64,000 nucleotides of DNA from a virus. The stretch lies in the IMG/VR virus record IMGVR_UViG_2778261584_000002, positions 203-64,202 of that record; one strand, 5' to 3'. The position numbers were made by a program, and so were the translations under genes. The notes beneath the pieces are model-generated. The model saw only the letters and a list, made by a program, of their open reading frames with translations, was not told the origin of the DNA and searched no databases. Below, one piece after another: positions 28,979 through 38,207 of this stretch (position 1 is its first letter; the number at the start of each line of letters is the position of its first letter).

Positions 28979-30034
28979 ATGAAAAAAATTGATACAGAAA
29001 AAATTCAATTACAGAAAAAAATTAATCTTAGAACTTTGCGTTTTAATACAAAATTAAATAATTTGAAAAAAGTATTTAAGAGGCAAGCATGGAAAAAATA
29101 TTCAGGAATTTTAAATTTTACAGGTGAATTAGCAATTTACAAACCTGCAAATAGGACGGAACTTTTAGAAAATATTAATGTTATTCAAAAATGGGATATA
29201 GAACAAAAACCGCTGTACTTGGACTTCTCAAAATTAACAAGTCTTGATGCATGTTCGACAAGCCTATTCGTGCATAATTTAAACAAATATCAAAATGTAA
29301 GAATGAAAGGTAAGCCATCTAAAAAAAATGTTGTCAGAGCTATGCTGACAAAATTAGGGGTTCACCGAAAGTTAGGTTTAAAAAAATATTTTTGCAATCA
29401 GTCCAAAGTTAATAAATGGTGTATTGCAAGAGGAACAAATAGTGATTTAACAAATGGTTACGAAGTTATTGAAAAAGTTCTGATGGATCATTTTAGTACT
29501 GATAATGAAGAATTTTATATTATTAATGAAGCTATTTCGGAAGCTATTAATAATGTTGTAGATCATGCTTATGATTCTGATGAAAGCCATAAGGAATGGT
29601 TGGCATTTGTTGCAATTGATGAAACGAAATGTAGTGTAGTAATTTCTGATTTGGGAAAAACAATTCCTGTTTCGGTTCCAAGAAATCTTAAAGATAAAAG
29701 TAAAGTAGTTTTGTCTCAACTACTTAAGCTTGATTTATCTGATTGGGGACGAATCAATGATGCACAAAGAATACAATTGGCTAGTAGTTTTAGAAAAACA
29801 GCAACAGAACTAAAACATAGAGGTAAAGGATTTGCTAATATGATGGAAGTCTGCAAACAAGTTACCGGTTCTGAACTCTATGTCTATAGCAGAAAAGGAT
29901 TGTGGACCATGACAGATAATGGAAAAAAAAATCATAACCAAGTATTTAATAAATCAATTAATGGTACAATAATTTACTGGGATATACCTCTTAATCAATC
30001 TCTTATGGGTAATACGATGCTCGAGGCAGCCTAA
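28979..30034 (+). CDS. STAS-like plus GHKL (HATPase_c) ATPase/kinase
   Basis: LDFSKL..LD; EAINNVVDHAY, SDLGKTIP, RGKGF, GTII boxes. Confidence 0.8.
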   Translation: MKKIDTEKIQLQKKINLRTLRFNTKLNNLKKVFKRQAWKKYSGILNFTGELAIYKPANRTELLENINVIQKWDIEQKPLYLDFSKLTSLDACSTSLFVHNLNKYQNVRMKGKPSKKNVVRAMLTKLGVHRKLGLKKYFCNQSKVNKWCIARGTNSDLTNGYEVIEKVLMDHFSTDNEEFYIINEAISEAINNVVDHAYDSDESHKEWLAFVAIDETKCSVVISDLGKTIPVSVPRNLKDKSKVVLSQLLKLDLSDWGRINDAQRIQLASSFRKTATELKHRGKGFANMMEVCKQVTGSELYVYSRKGLWTMTDNGKKNHNQVFNKSINGTIIYWDIPLNQSLMGNTMLEAA

Positions 30035-30044
30035 GGAGAGAAAT

Positions 30045-30377
30045 ATGAATGAAAATGTGATATACGTTGCTAGTGATTTTTATCCACGTCCTTCTGGAAG
30101 ATATCTTAAAGATGGTCAATATACTGGTGAAGCTTTTAGAAATCGAGTTCTAATTCCGAGACTTCAAGAAATTCAGAATTCAGGACTAACTGACTCTTTA
30201 GTTATTGATTTTAGTGATGTAACAATGGCAGGATCCTCTTTTTTAGAAGAAGCTTTCGGTGGGCTAGTTAGAACTAATTTATTCAGTAAAGACTTTCTGA
30301 AAAAAGTTTTAATTATTAAAAGTCCTCGACGTCCTGTAATCAATGATCGAATTGAGTTGTATATAAAAGAAGCATAA
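30045..30377 (+). CDS. STAS-like protein (DUF4325)
   Basis: DF...P.GRY..DG..TGEAFR and GSSFLEEAFGGL. Confidence 0.85.
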   Translation: MNENVIYVASDFYPRPSGRYLKDGQYTGEAFRNRVLIPRLQEIQNSGLTDSLVIDFSDVTMAGSSFLEEAFGGLVRTNLFSKDFLKKVLIIKSPRRPVINDRIELYIKEA

Positions 30378-30379
30378 GA

Positions 30380-31024
30380 ATGTCTATCACTTTATTAATT
30401 ATTGCTAGCCTTTGGGCTAGCATTTTTAATTTTTTCTCAGAAGATTTAAGTAATTTTGTTTTTTCTAAAAAATTAGTTAATTTTAAAGACCTTACTTATT
30501 TACTAGCAATTATCCCATTTTATGTTTTTATTCAACGTGTTCATACTCAAACACAACAGAGATCACTAAAAAGTATCAGTGACGAAGTATCAAAAGTAAA
30601 TGATTTTTTGATAGAGTTTATTGTTAAATATGAGCAGGTTGAGCATGACAGTGAGTTTGATGAAAAGACAGTTTCAGAATTAAAAATTCTGAAAAGTAAA
30701 ATTAATGCACATTTAAATTACTTAACTGAATATTTAAATGAATTTCCTTACGGTGGTCCTATCAATTTTGTTTGGTTTTTCTTATTCAATCATTATTTAT
30801 TTGAAGAACCTAGAAGAGTTGCTTCAACAATTGAATTAGAGTACCAAGAATTAATTACAGATGAAACGATTTTAAGCCTTGAAATAAACTTTTTAGATGG
30901 TAAGGTGAAAATAAAAACTTGTGATGATTTAAGATATTTGAATCTACAGTCTATAGATTTAATCATCAATAAAGGTCTGAAGTTACAGGTACATTTAGAA
31001 GAAAACTCTAGAAAAATGTTTTGA
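30380..31024 (+). CDS. Membrane protein, third gene of GHKL-STAS operon
   Basis: Two N-terminal hydrophobic helices; AT-rich. Confidence 0.7.
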   Translation: MSITLLIIASLWASIFNFFSEDLSNFVFSKKLVNFKDLTYLLAIIPFYVFIQRVHTQTQQRSLKSISDEVSKVNDFLIEFIVKYEQVEHDSEFDEKTVSELKILKSKINAHLNYLTEYLNEFPYGGPINFVWFFLFNHYLFEEPRRVASTIELEYQELITDETILSLEINFLDGKVKIKTCDDLRYLNLQSIDLIINKGLKLQVHLEENSRKMF

Positions 31025-31033
31025 TCTTGGAAA

Positions 31034-31074
31034 TGGAACAAGACGAAAAATGATCTTAACCTGACTGCAAAAAT
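31034..31074 (+). promoter_or_regulatory. Late promoter motif 5
   Basis: TGGAAC-N29-AAAAAT plus AGCCCTAATA/TATTGGGGCT hairpin. Confidence 0.75.
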
Positions 31075-31106
31075 AGCCCTAATACATAATCTATTGGGGC
31101 TTTTTC

Positions 31107-32030
31107 ATGTCTGAAACAGGTCGAAAAACGAAAAGGATTACATACAATCTTCATGAGCGAGGTCGCAGTCATTTGGGGAAGGACCGCAGCAATGTTGATA
31201 TGAATGAAATGATCAGACAGATCAATAGTCCACAAGTACAAGAAATGGTTAAAACAGGGACTTTGTACGGCTATAATGGTCATGAAATCCGTAAGCGTTA
31301 TGGGATGAATCCGCCTGATTCAGTGATTATTGATGGCAAGGTGGTTTATTTAGAACGCTCATTTAGAACAATCGAAGCTCATGCCGATAAAGACGGCAAT
31401 GTTACCCATGTTACTGAGTTCTTAGATAACGAATCGGGGGAATATGCGCGGAAACAATATTTGGCTCGTGTAGGTGGGTTTAGTTCAGCACAAAACTATA
31501 AGCGAGCTGGATTAGGTCTAATTCCTGTGGGGTTTTATGGCTTTGATTATGTGACACAGCCGAACTACACAACCAATGTGGGTGATGGTCAATTATTTGA
31601 TGGTTTAGCCATTCCAGTTGAGCAGGATGGATTAATTGCAGCGTTTGATAGCACCACGGACGTTAATTTACTTTCGCCGTCAGAGGCAATGATTGCTCAT
31701 TTACTAGAACAGCAAATTGTACGTGACTTTGACAATATTCATGCTCAACTACAGCTTTTACAGATGAATGGTCAAGCATTAGACCAAATTGATGAATTAG
31801 CTGGTCAAATTGCACGTAAAGAGAAACGACAAGCGATTCAAGATCAACGGAAACAAGATTTATGTTCTGGCTTAGTTGGTGAGGTACGATCATTTGATTC
31901 TGTTTGCGCTGAAGCTGAAGAACGTCTTACAGCAAGTGATTTAGCGCGAATGCGTATTAGTGGTGAAACACCAAAAAATAACAAAGCAAAACCACGCATT
32001 TTTAAGAGCATGTTTGGATTTGGAGGGTAA
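31107..32030 (+). CDS. Prohead processing protease (P1 Pro-like)
   Basis: GYNGH..R..YG, H.TEFLD, GGFSSA, GFDYV..PNY. Confidence 0.7.
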   Translation: MSETGRKTKRITYNLHERGRSHLGKDRSNVDMNEMIRQINSPQVQEMVKTGTLYGYNGHEIRKRYGMNPPDSVIIDGKVVYLERSFRTIEAHADKDGNVTHVTEFLDNESGEYARKQYLARVGGFSSAQNYKRAGLGLIPVGFYGFDYVTQPNYTTNVGDGQLFDGLAIPVEQDGLIAAFDSTTDVNLLSPSEAMIAHLLEQQIVRDFDNIHAQLQLLQMNGQALDQIDELAGQIARKEKRQAIQDQRKQDLCSGLVGEVRSFDSVCAEAEERLTASDLARMRISGETPKNNKAKPRIFKSMFGFGG

Positions 32031-32036
32031 GCACTT

Positions 32037-32843
32037 ATGTCTTTACCTAAAGATTCGCTTAAATGCATTCAGGATGGTTGGTACAAACTCCTAGTCGATT
32101 TTCGTGCATGGTATATGCCTGAAACCATTCAGACAGAAGAATGGAAAAAGCGAGATATTCGAACAGCAATAAAAAGTTGTCCTTCTCGTATGATGGATGA
32201 CTCAGAAGCAATGCTGGCAGAATATCGTAAAAGCCAAAATGCTGATGTAACAGGTGGTGCAACGGCATTCATGCCAATCATGTTGACTGCTACAGCGATG
32301 TTAGATCAACCGCCTGATACGATGCAGCTTTTACCGATGCCTTATTTTGTGCCTATTGTGATAGGCGATAAGCAAGTGAAAATCCGACTCATCGCCAAAA
32401 CGGTTAGAGCACAATTAGCTTTCTACGCAACCAATGCGCACGATGCTCGTTCAGTATGCGACCAGTTTTGTACTTATGTCCAAGATGAGGGTAAACGCCG
32501 TTTCCAAGTACCTTTTGATATGGGCATGAATCATATTGAAAAAAGCACATTTACCATAGTTGAGAATCAATTGTTTCCTTCGCCTGTGCCTAGTGAAGCA
32601 ATTAACCTGTCTATCTTCACGATTGATGCTCAATTAGTCGGCTATGCACCACAAATTATTGGACTTGGTGGTCCTAACGATAATACGACGGACAACGGCT
32701 ACAATCCGGACGGTTCAGTAGTTGATAAGCCAATTCAGGATCTAGTTGTCATTCAGGCTGATCAATTCTCAAGTGATGGCCATACCCGTGTTTTAGCAGA
32801 TCGTGAAACTGGCGATATTACAGTGGAGCGTATCGATGACTGA
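32037..32843 (+). CDS. Virion morphogenesis protein (tail terminator-like)
   Basis: Late operon; weak resemblance to P1 gp24-type proteins. Confidence 0.4.
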   Translation: MSLPKDSLKCIQDGWYKLLVDFRAWYMPETIQTEEWKKRDIRTAIKSCPSRMMDDSEAMLAEYRKSQNADVTGGATAFMPIMLTATAMLDQPPDTMQLLPMPYFVPIVIGDKQVKIRLIAKTVRAQLAFYATNAHDARSVCDQFCTYVQDEGKRRFQVPFDMGMNHIEKSTFTIVENQLFPSPVPSEAINLSIFTIDAQLVGYAPQIIGLGGPNDNTTDNGYNPDGSVVDKPIQDLVVIQADQFSSDGHTRVLADRETGDITVERIDD

Positions 32844-33345
32844 AATTATTAAGATTGATGCGCGTGTAACTGGATTCTCTAATGATGAAATACGATTGAT
32901 CAGTCTTTGTTTTGCAGATTCTGGTCAAATCCTTGTCCAAAAAACAGATATTTTCACGGCTTTACCTGTACGTCCAGATCAGCAAGCCGACACGATTGTA
33001 GTGACGGATTCACCGAATTTAGTCCAAAATTGGCAATTAAAATTTGATGCACAGCAGCATTTAGATGAAGTGATCAAGGTCTATCAAGCAAGCTTTAGAG
33101 CTGGTTTGGTTGAGTTTGAAAAGTCATTAGAGCGTTACAACCCGATGAATATCTTGCAGGTCCGTAAGATTGATAAAAATGGATTACAGCAAGAGTTCGA
33201 TAGCAGCTCATTAGATAACGGCCATATCGCTGCGCTTATTTCTATATGGGCAAGCCATAAAATCGCTATTTCTCATGCAGTCACATCAAAAGAGGAAGTC
33301 AAAGAAGAATACATCGATAGAACCATGTTGCCGTTTAGTATTTAA
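32836..33345 (+). CDS. Hypothetical protein upstream of terminase
   Basis: GGAG RBS, coupled ORF. Confidence 0.65.
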   Translation: MTEIIKIDARVTGFSNDEIRLISLCFADSGQILVQKTDIFTALPVRPDQQADTIVVTDSPNLVQNWQLKFDAQQHLDEVIKVYQASFRAGLVEFEKSLERYNPMNILQVRKIDKNGLQQEFDSSSLDNGHIAALISIWASHKIAISHAVTSKEEVKEEYIDRTMLPFSI

Positions 33346-33356
33346 AGCGGTGATGT

Positions 33357-35351
33357 ATGGCTCTAAAACCACTTAAAGACATCCCCGAATGGTGGGAACT
33401 TTGCGCACGATATCGTTATGACATTTATGCCTTTGCAGTAGAGGCTTTAGGTGTTACACCGACTTGGCAGCAAGAACTTCTATTTGAATCAATCCAGTTT
33501 GATGGTAGCCGTACATCGGTTGCATCGGGCCATGGTTGCTTTGGTAAAGGCACAAAAATACGTTTAGCCAATGGTAAGTGGAAACGTGTCGAAAAAATAA
33601 CAATAAATGATGCGGTTATGGGCACGGATGGCTTCTCACCACGGGAGGTCATTAAAGTTGTTCAGGGATACCAAGAGCTTTATCAATTTGAATATGAAAA
33701 TGGTTCAAAGCATGTCTATAACAAATCTCATATTCTTTGTTTAGTCTCACTCGAAACAAAAAACGGTTGGAAAGCTGGCGATACAATTGAAGTCCTGGTA
33801 TCGAAATACCTTGAATGGCCTGAAGAAACAAAGCGCCAATTTGCTGCATACGAACTAAAACATAGAAAATTCCAGCCTGTAAAAATTAATAATGTCACAG
33901 CCTTGGGTGAGGGTGACTATTACGGCTTTGTCCTCGATGGTGATGCAACTTTCCTAACCGCTGATGGCATGGTTCACCATAACACGGGTAAGACTGCATC
34001 GGCTGGTATCGTTGCTCTGTGGCATTTATTGTTTTTTGATGAATCCATTACGATGTTTACTGCTCCGCAAATCGGACAGTTAAAGAAACAAGTCTGGAAA
34101 GAAATCAGTATTAACCTGTCACGGCTTAAGGCTGGTCCACTTGGTTGGCTTGCAGATTATGTCGGTTATCAGTCTGAATTAGTCTATATCAAAGGCTATA
34201 AAGAAAAGTGGTACGTCTTTGCCAAAACTGCACCAAAGCACCAGCCAACAAATTTGGCAGGGAACCATGCAGATAACTACTTACTTTGGGGTGATGAGGC
34301 AAGTGGTATTCCTGATGAGGTTATGGATGTTGTCCTTGGCGCATTGACGCATGAGGATAACAGAGCTGTTTTAACTTCACAGCCGACACGTAACGCAGGT
34401 TTATTCTATGAGACTCATCATAAATTAAGCCATAGAGCAGGTGGCATTTGGATAGCTCTAACATTCAATGGTGAAGAATCGCCACTCGTAAGTAAGCAAT
34501 CATTAGAAGAACAACGTCAAAAATACGGTAGTCGTGATGATCCACAATACCAAATCCGTGTTTTAGGACAATTCCCTGATAGAGCAGATGAGTTCTTAAT
34601 CACGAAACGACAATCCGAAGAAATGTATGTCGGTGCATCTATTTTCGAAGAACACGTTTTTGGTTATGTGATTACGGTCGACGTTGGCGGTGGTGTTGGT
34701 CGAGATGATTCTGTTATAGCCGTGTCTAAAGTTTGGGGTGAGGCTCAATGGGGAGATCGAGCGCGCCGTGTTGAAGTTATGGATATTCCTTTATGCAAAA
34801 ATAAAGACGATGTCGTTGAACTTCTTGCCAAGATTAATGAATGCATTTTGAAATATCCAAATGCAACTTTGGTTGTTGATGATAATGGCGCTGGTAAAGG
34901 TTTAGGACAACTGCTTAAGAAGCATGGTATTTGGTACATGCCTGTATATTGGGGCGGTGCTTGCTTCAATAATGACAATCGAAAAGAGTATGTGAATAAA
35001 CGTGCCTTGGCTTACGTCTGTTTAAAACGAGCAATTGAATCTGGCCGTTTCAAAGTTAAAACTAAGAAGTATTTAGTCAAAATTCAAGACCAAATAATCA
35101 AGATACCATACACATTTGATGAGCATAGCCGATACAAAATTTTGAGCAAAGATGAGATGAAACGCCAAGGGATTAAGTCCCCCGATTTAGGTGACGTTTT
35201 TGCATTCTTATTTTTAGAAAATGTGTTCTATACAGAAGCATATGAGAATGTCGTTATTGCAGATAATAGTCCTGAAGCACAGGAACGGGCAGAGCGTAAA
35301 TCTAGGTTTGATCAGCTTAAAGAGGCAGCTAAAACACTTGATCAGTCATGA
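33357..35351 (+). CDS. terL: Terminase large subunit (PacB-like) with mini-intein
   Basis: Walker A GHG^TGKT split by intein, Walker B LLWGDEA, nuclease VDVGGG, VVDDNG, SPDLGD. Confidence 0.93.
   Translation: MALKPLKDIPEWWELCARYRYDIYAFAVEALGVTPTWQQELLFESIQFDGSRTSVASGHGCFGKGTKIRLANGKWKRVEKITINDAVMGTDGFSPREVIKVVQGYQELYQFEYENGSKHVYNKSHILCLVSLETKNGWKAGDTIEVLVSKYLEWPEETKRQFAAYELKHRKFQPVKINNVTALGEGDYYGFVLDGDATFLTADGMVHHNTGKTASAGIVALWHLLFFDESITMFTAPQIGQLKKQVWKEISINLSRLKAGPLGWLADYVGYQSELVYIKGYKEKWYVFAKTAPKHQPTNLAGNHADNYLLWGDEASGIPDEVMDVVLGALTHEDNRAVLTSQPTRNAGLFYETHHKLSHRAGGIWIALTFNGEESPLVSKQSLEEQRQKYGSRDDPQYQIRVLGQFPDRADEFLITKRQSEEMYVGASIFEEHVFGYVITVDVGGGVGRDDSVIAVSKVWGEAQWGDRARRVEVMDIPLCKNKDDVVELLAKINECILKYPNATLVVDDNGAGKGLGQLLKKHGIWYMPVYWGGACFNNDNRKEYVNKRALAYVCLKRAIESGRFKVKTKKYLVKIQDQIIKIPYTFDEHSRYKILSKDEMKRQGIKSPDLGDVFAFLFLENVFYTEAYENVVIADNSPEAQERAERKSRFDQLKEAAKTLDQS
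33537..33983 (+). other. Mini-intein (149 aa, no homing endonuclease)
   Basis: Starts CFGKGT, ends YYGF.LDG...VHHN followed by Thr. Confidence 0.92.
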
Positions 35352-35352
35352 T

Positions 35353-35393
35353 TGGAACATGGAAGCAGAATACACACTATTAGGTCATAACAT
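35353..35393 (+). promoter_or_regulatory. Late promoter motif 6
   Basis: TGGAAC-N29-TAACAT. Confidence 0.75.
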
Positions 35394-35423
35394 TCAAATT
35401 CTATTTAGCTATAGGCTTGAATT

Positions 35424-36791
35424 ATGTCTTTGTATAATGACCCACAATGGATAAAAGATTTTCAAATTTATCAAAATGATATTTTAAAATTTTCTATTGA
35501 TGCCTTTAGATTTCAACCAACTTGGCAACAAGCACTATTATTCGAAAACAGTGAAGTTATGGGGAGTCGTATTTCAGTTAAATATGGTTGGGGATGTAAT
35601 GACAGCATGATAGAAGCTTATGCGGTAATTGCACTTCATAATTTGCTGTTTATAAAAGATTCAGCAACTATCATTATGACACCAAGTGACCATAACTCTC
35701 ACGCTGTGATTTATAGTGTTATAGAGAAATTTATAAAACGCTTAGATTTAAACAAATTATCCTATTTATCAAAATATATAACGAAAAATCAAAAGATGTT
35801 TAGCATCAAAAAGTATGAATATTTTACTTACATTAAAATTATTAAAGATACTTCCAGTGTTGGACCTATAAGTATTGCAGGGATATTGAATCACAATTAT
35901 TTATTTATTGCTTTTGATGCAGAAAATATCGAATATGAATGGTTGTCTGTAGGTTTGTCTAATATGGCACAACCTGAAAACCGATGTATATTCTCTCAAA
36001 AGATGGATACAGATATTTTAAATACTGGTCAATTTCATCAATTTACTAACCATGAAAATTGGAAGCAATTTACGTTTAGCTCAGCTGAAGATCCTAATTA
36101 TGTTTGGAGTAAACAAGATCAGTTTGCTATGAAAATTGGCTTAAAGTCATGTGTGATAGATGGCGAATATTATAGGAAATCTAGCTTTTATAAATATTCA
36201 ATAAACTTTGAAAATGCTTTACGTTCGATAAAGTTAAATCAATCACCAGTTGATAGTGGGCAATTGGTTTTATCTATTCAAGACTTTCCAGGTGAAAGAG
36301 CAGTCATGGCGCTATCTTTAGTTGATAAAAGAGATTGCGTTGAAGTAATTGATATTCCATTTTATAAGGATTTTTCCCTCAACTCGATGTTTTTAATTAT
36401 AAAGAATTTATTAGAACAGCACCCTACAATGAATATTCTCCTTAACTGTTCTGGTAAGGGTGAATTATTAAAAAAATTGCTAGAAGAAAATAAAATTTAT
36501 TTTAAACTTATGCTTTGGGGTGGACCTTGTTTTAAGCAAAGAAATCGTGAAAAGTATTTTAATAAACGAGCATTTGCCTTTAACAAATTTCAGACAGCGA
36601 TTGAAAAAGGTAAATTTAGGTTTAGCACAAATAAGAAGCAATCACGATATTTAAAAGAAGCCGTGAATATTCCACACCGCATAAATGATTCAGGGCAATA
36701 TAAAATTCCAAGTCGAGACGAAATGAGACTAGAAAATTTACAGCCATTAAATTTAAGTAGTGTTTTTGCATCCTATTTCATGAATGAGTGA
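35424..36791 (+). CDS. Degenerate terminase large-subunit paralogue lacking catalytic residues
   Basis: Colinear with 33357 ORF (PTWQQ.LLFE, WGG.CF...NKRA, S.DEM) but Walker A/B and nuclease Asp residues replaced. Confidence 0.85.
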   Translation: MSLYNDPQWIKDFQIYQNDILKFSIDAFRFQPTWQQALLFENSEVMGSRISVKYGWGCNDSMIEAYAVIALHNLLFIKDSATIIMTPSDHNSHAVIYSVIEKFIKRLDLNKLSYLSKYITKNQKMFSIKKYEYFTYIKIIKDTSSVGPISIAGILNHNYLFIAFDAENIEYEWLSVGLSNMAQPENRCIFSQKMDTDILNTGQFHQFTNHENWKQFTFSSAEDPNYVWSKQDQFAMKIGLKSCVIDGEYYRKSSFYKYSINFENALRSIKLNQSPVDSGQLVLSIQDFPGERAVMALSLVDKRDCVEVIDIPFYKDFSLNSMFLIIKNLLEQHPTMNILLNCSGKGELLKKLLEENKIYFKLMLWGGPCFKQRNREKYFNKRAFAFNKFQTAIEKGKFRFSTNKKQSRYLKEAVNIPHRINDSGQYKIPSRDEMRLENLQPLNLSSVFASYFMNE

Positions 36792-36793
36792 TT

Positions 36794-36834
36794 TGGAACT
36801 AACCGCTTAAGCAACTATTCAATAATCCCAAAAT
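36794..36834 (+). promoter_or_regulatory. Late promoter motif 7
   Basis: TGGAAC-N29-CAAAAT; AATAGCCATAG/CTATGGCTATT pairs over the ATG. Confidence 0.8.
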
Positions 36835-36859
36835 AGCCATAGTGATAAATAGGTGATCT

Positions 36860-37888
36860 ATGGCTATTCAGTTTTATTTAACCAGTGCAGGACGAAACGC
36901 AGCGCTCAATGCTGCAAGTTTGGGCTTAAATGTTTCATTGACGCATATCGCTGTTGGTTCAGGAAAGTATGATCCTTCAAATCCTATGTCATTAACCAAT
37001 ACGGCACTTGTATCTGAAATTGAGCGCTATCCTTTAAATGGAGGAAGTGTAGAGCCTAATTCTCAAACTTTAAGATTTATTGCAAATATAGAACCCTCTC
37101 AAACAGCAGATGGTTATGAAATAGGACTAATCACAGATCAGGGTGTTTTATTTGCAATTGCAGCAACAACCTTAAATACGCCTTTAATTCGATTAATTGC
37201 CAATATTGTTTCAATAATTTCACTTGGAATGTTACTAACGAATATTGATATTTCAAATTTAAAGATAAGTATTGATCCATCTACGCCGATCATGGTCGCC
37301 TTAATGAATCAGCATTTAGAACATAATAATCCACATCCTCAATATGCTCTTATTTCAGCATTAAAGAATGCATTAGACCGTATAGAAGTATTAGAAAATA
37401 GAATTGTAGAAGATATTAAAATTGGGGATATTTACGTAACAACCCTAGATTTTGCAAATAGTGCTGAAGTTAAAGCGCACAAAAAATATGGTGATTGGAT
37501 TCGTTTTGCAGAAGGTTTAACCTTAGTCGGTAAATCAACTAAACAAGATGACCCTATATGGACAAAACAAATTGGAAATGTTTTTGGGGAAAATAACCAC
37601 ACATTATCAATTCCAGAAATGCCTGGACATAATCACATTGAGGCAAATTCGCCTTATAACAAATTAACTGCTTCTATGGCGGATATTGTCGCTTCTGATG
37701 GTGATGGATTGGCAGGAACAAATCCAGCTGGTCAAGCATCACCTAGTTATAATCATACCTATATCCAAACAAGCGATATAACAACTGAGCAATTTTCGAA
37801 AATGACAATTAAAAATGCCGGTGGCAGTGAGCCTCACAATAACGTTCAACCTTCTAAAATTGTAGGTATGTGGCTACGAATAGCCTGA
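36860..37888 (+). CDS. Tail fibre/baseplate attachment protein
   Basis: P2 gpH-like N-terminus LT.AGR.A; HPQY; HTLS..EMP.H.H...GG..PHNNVQP. Confidence 0.75.
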   Translation: MAIQFYLTSAGRNAALNAASLGLNVSLTHIAVGSGKYDPSNPMSLTNTALVSEIERYPLNGGSVEPNSQTLRFIANIEPSQTADGYEIGLITDQGVLFAIAATTLNTPLIRLIANIVSIISLGMLLTNIDISNLKISIDPSTPIMVALMNQHLEHNNPHPQYALISALKNALDRIEVLENRIVEDIKIGDIYVTTLDFANSAEVKAHKKYGDWIRFAEGLTLVGKSTKQDDPIWTKQIGNVFGENNHTLSIPEMPGHNHIEANSPYNKLTASMADIVASDGDGLAGTNPAGQASPSYNHTYIQTSDITTEQFSKMTIKNAGGSEPHNNVQPSKIVGMWLRIA

Positions 37889-37923
37889 ACTCATTTAATT
37901 ACGTGTATTACAGGTAATCTACA

Positions 37924-38199
37924 ATGATTAATGAGTATAGAAATGCGATCAGAGACCTAATCAATAAGAACATTCAGCAGGGAAAGCTGAATAGTCTTAT
38001 TGTATGGGATGTCAAATCAGATGAAGCACAAGATCCAACATTATTGAGCTTCAGGATTTATGGTTCACGTAATCACACAGATGTGATTCAGGTCGCTTGT
38101 GGTGTGTCTGGAATTTGGGAAAAGTTACCTGAAAAACGAATTGCAGTACCTTTAATCTCTGACGTAATGCGCTTACGCCGTGAATACCAGATGATGTAG
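37924..38199 (+). CDS. gpX/LysM-like baseplate protein
   Basis: TLLSFRIYGSR...VI.VA.G pattern. Confidence 0.5.
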   Translation: MINEYRNAIRDLINKNIQQGKLNSLIVWDVKSDEAQDPTLLSFRIYGSRNHTDVIQVACGVSGIWEKLPEKRIAVPLISDVMRLRREYQMM

Positions 38200-38207
38200 G
38201 TGTCAGT

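Noticed and set aside
35424..36791. Calling the second terminase a pseudogene
   Set aside because: Uninterrupted 455-codon frame despite deep divergence, with an intact dedicated promoter.
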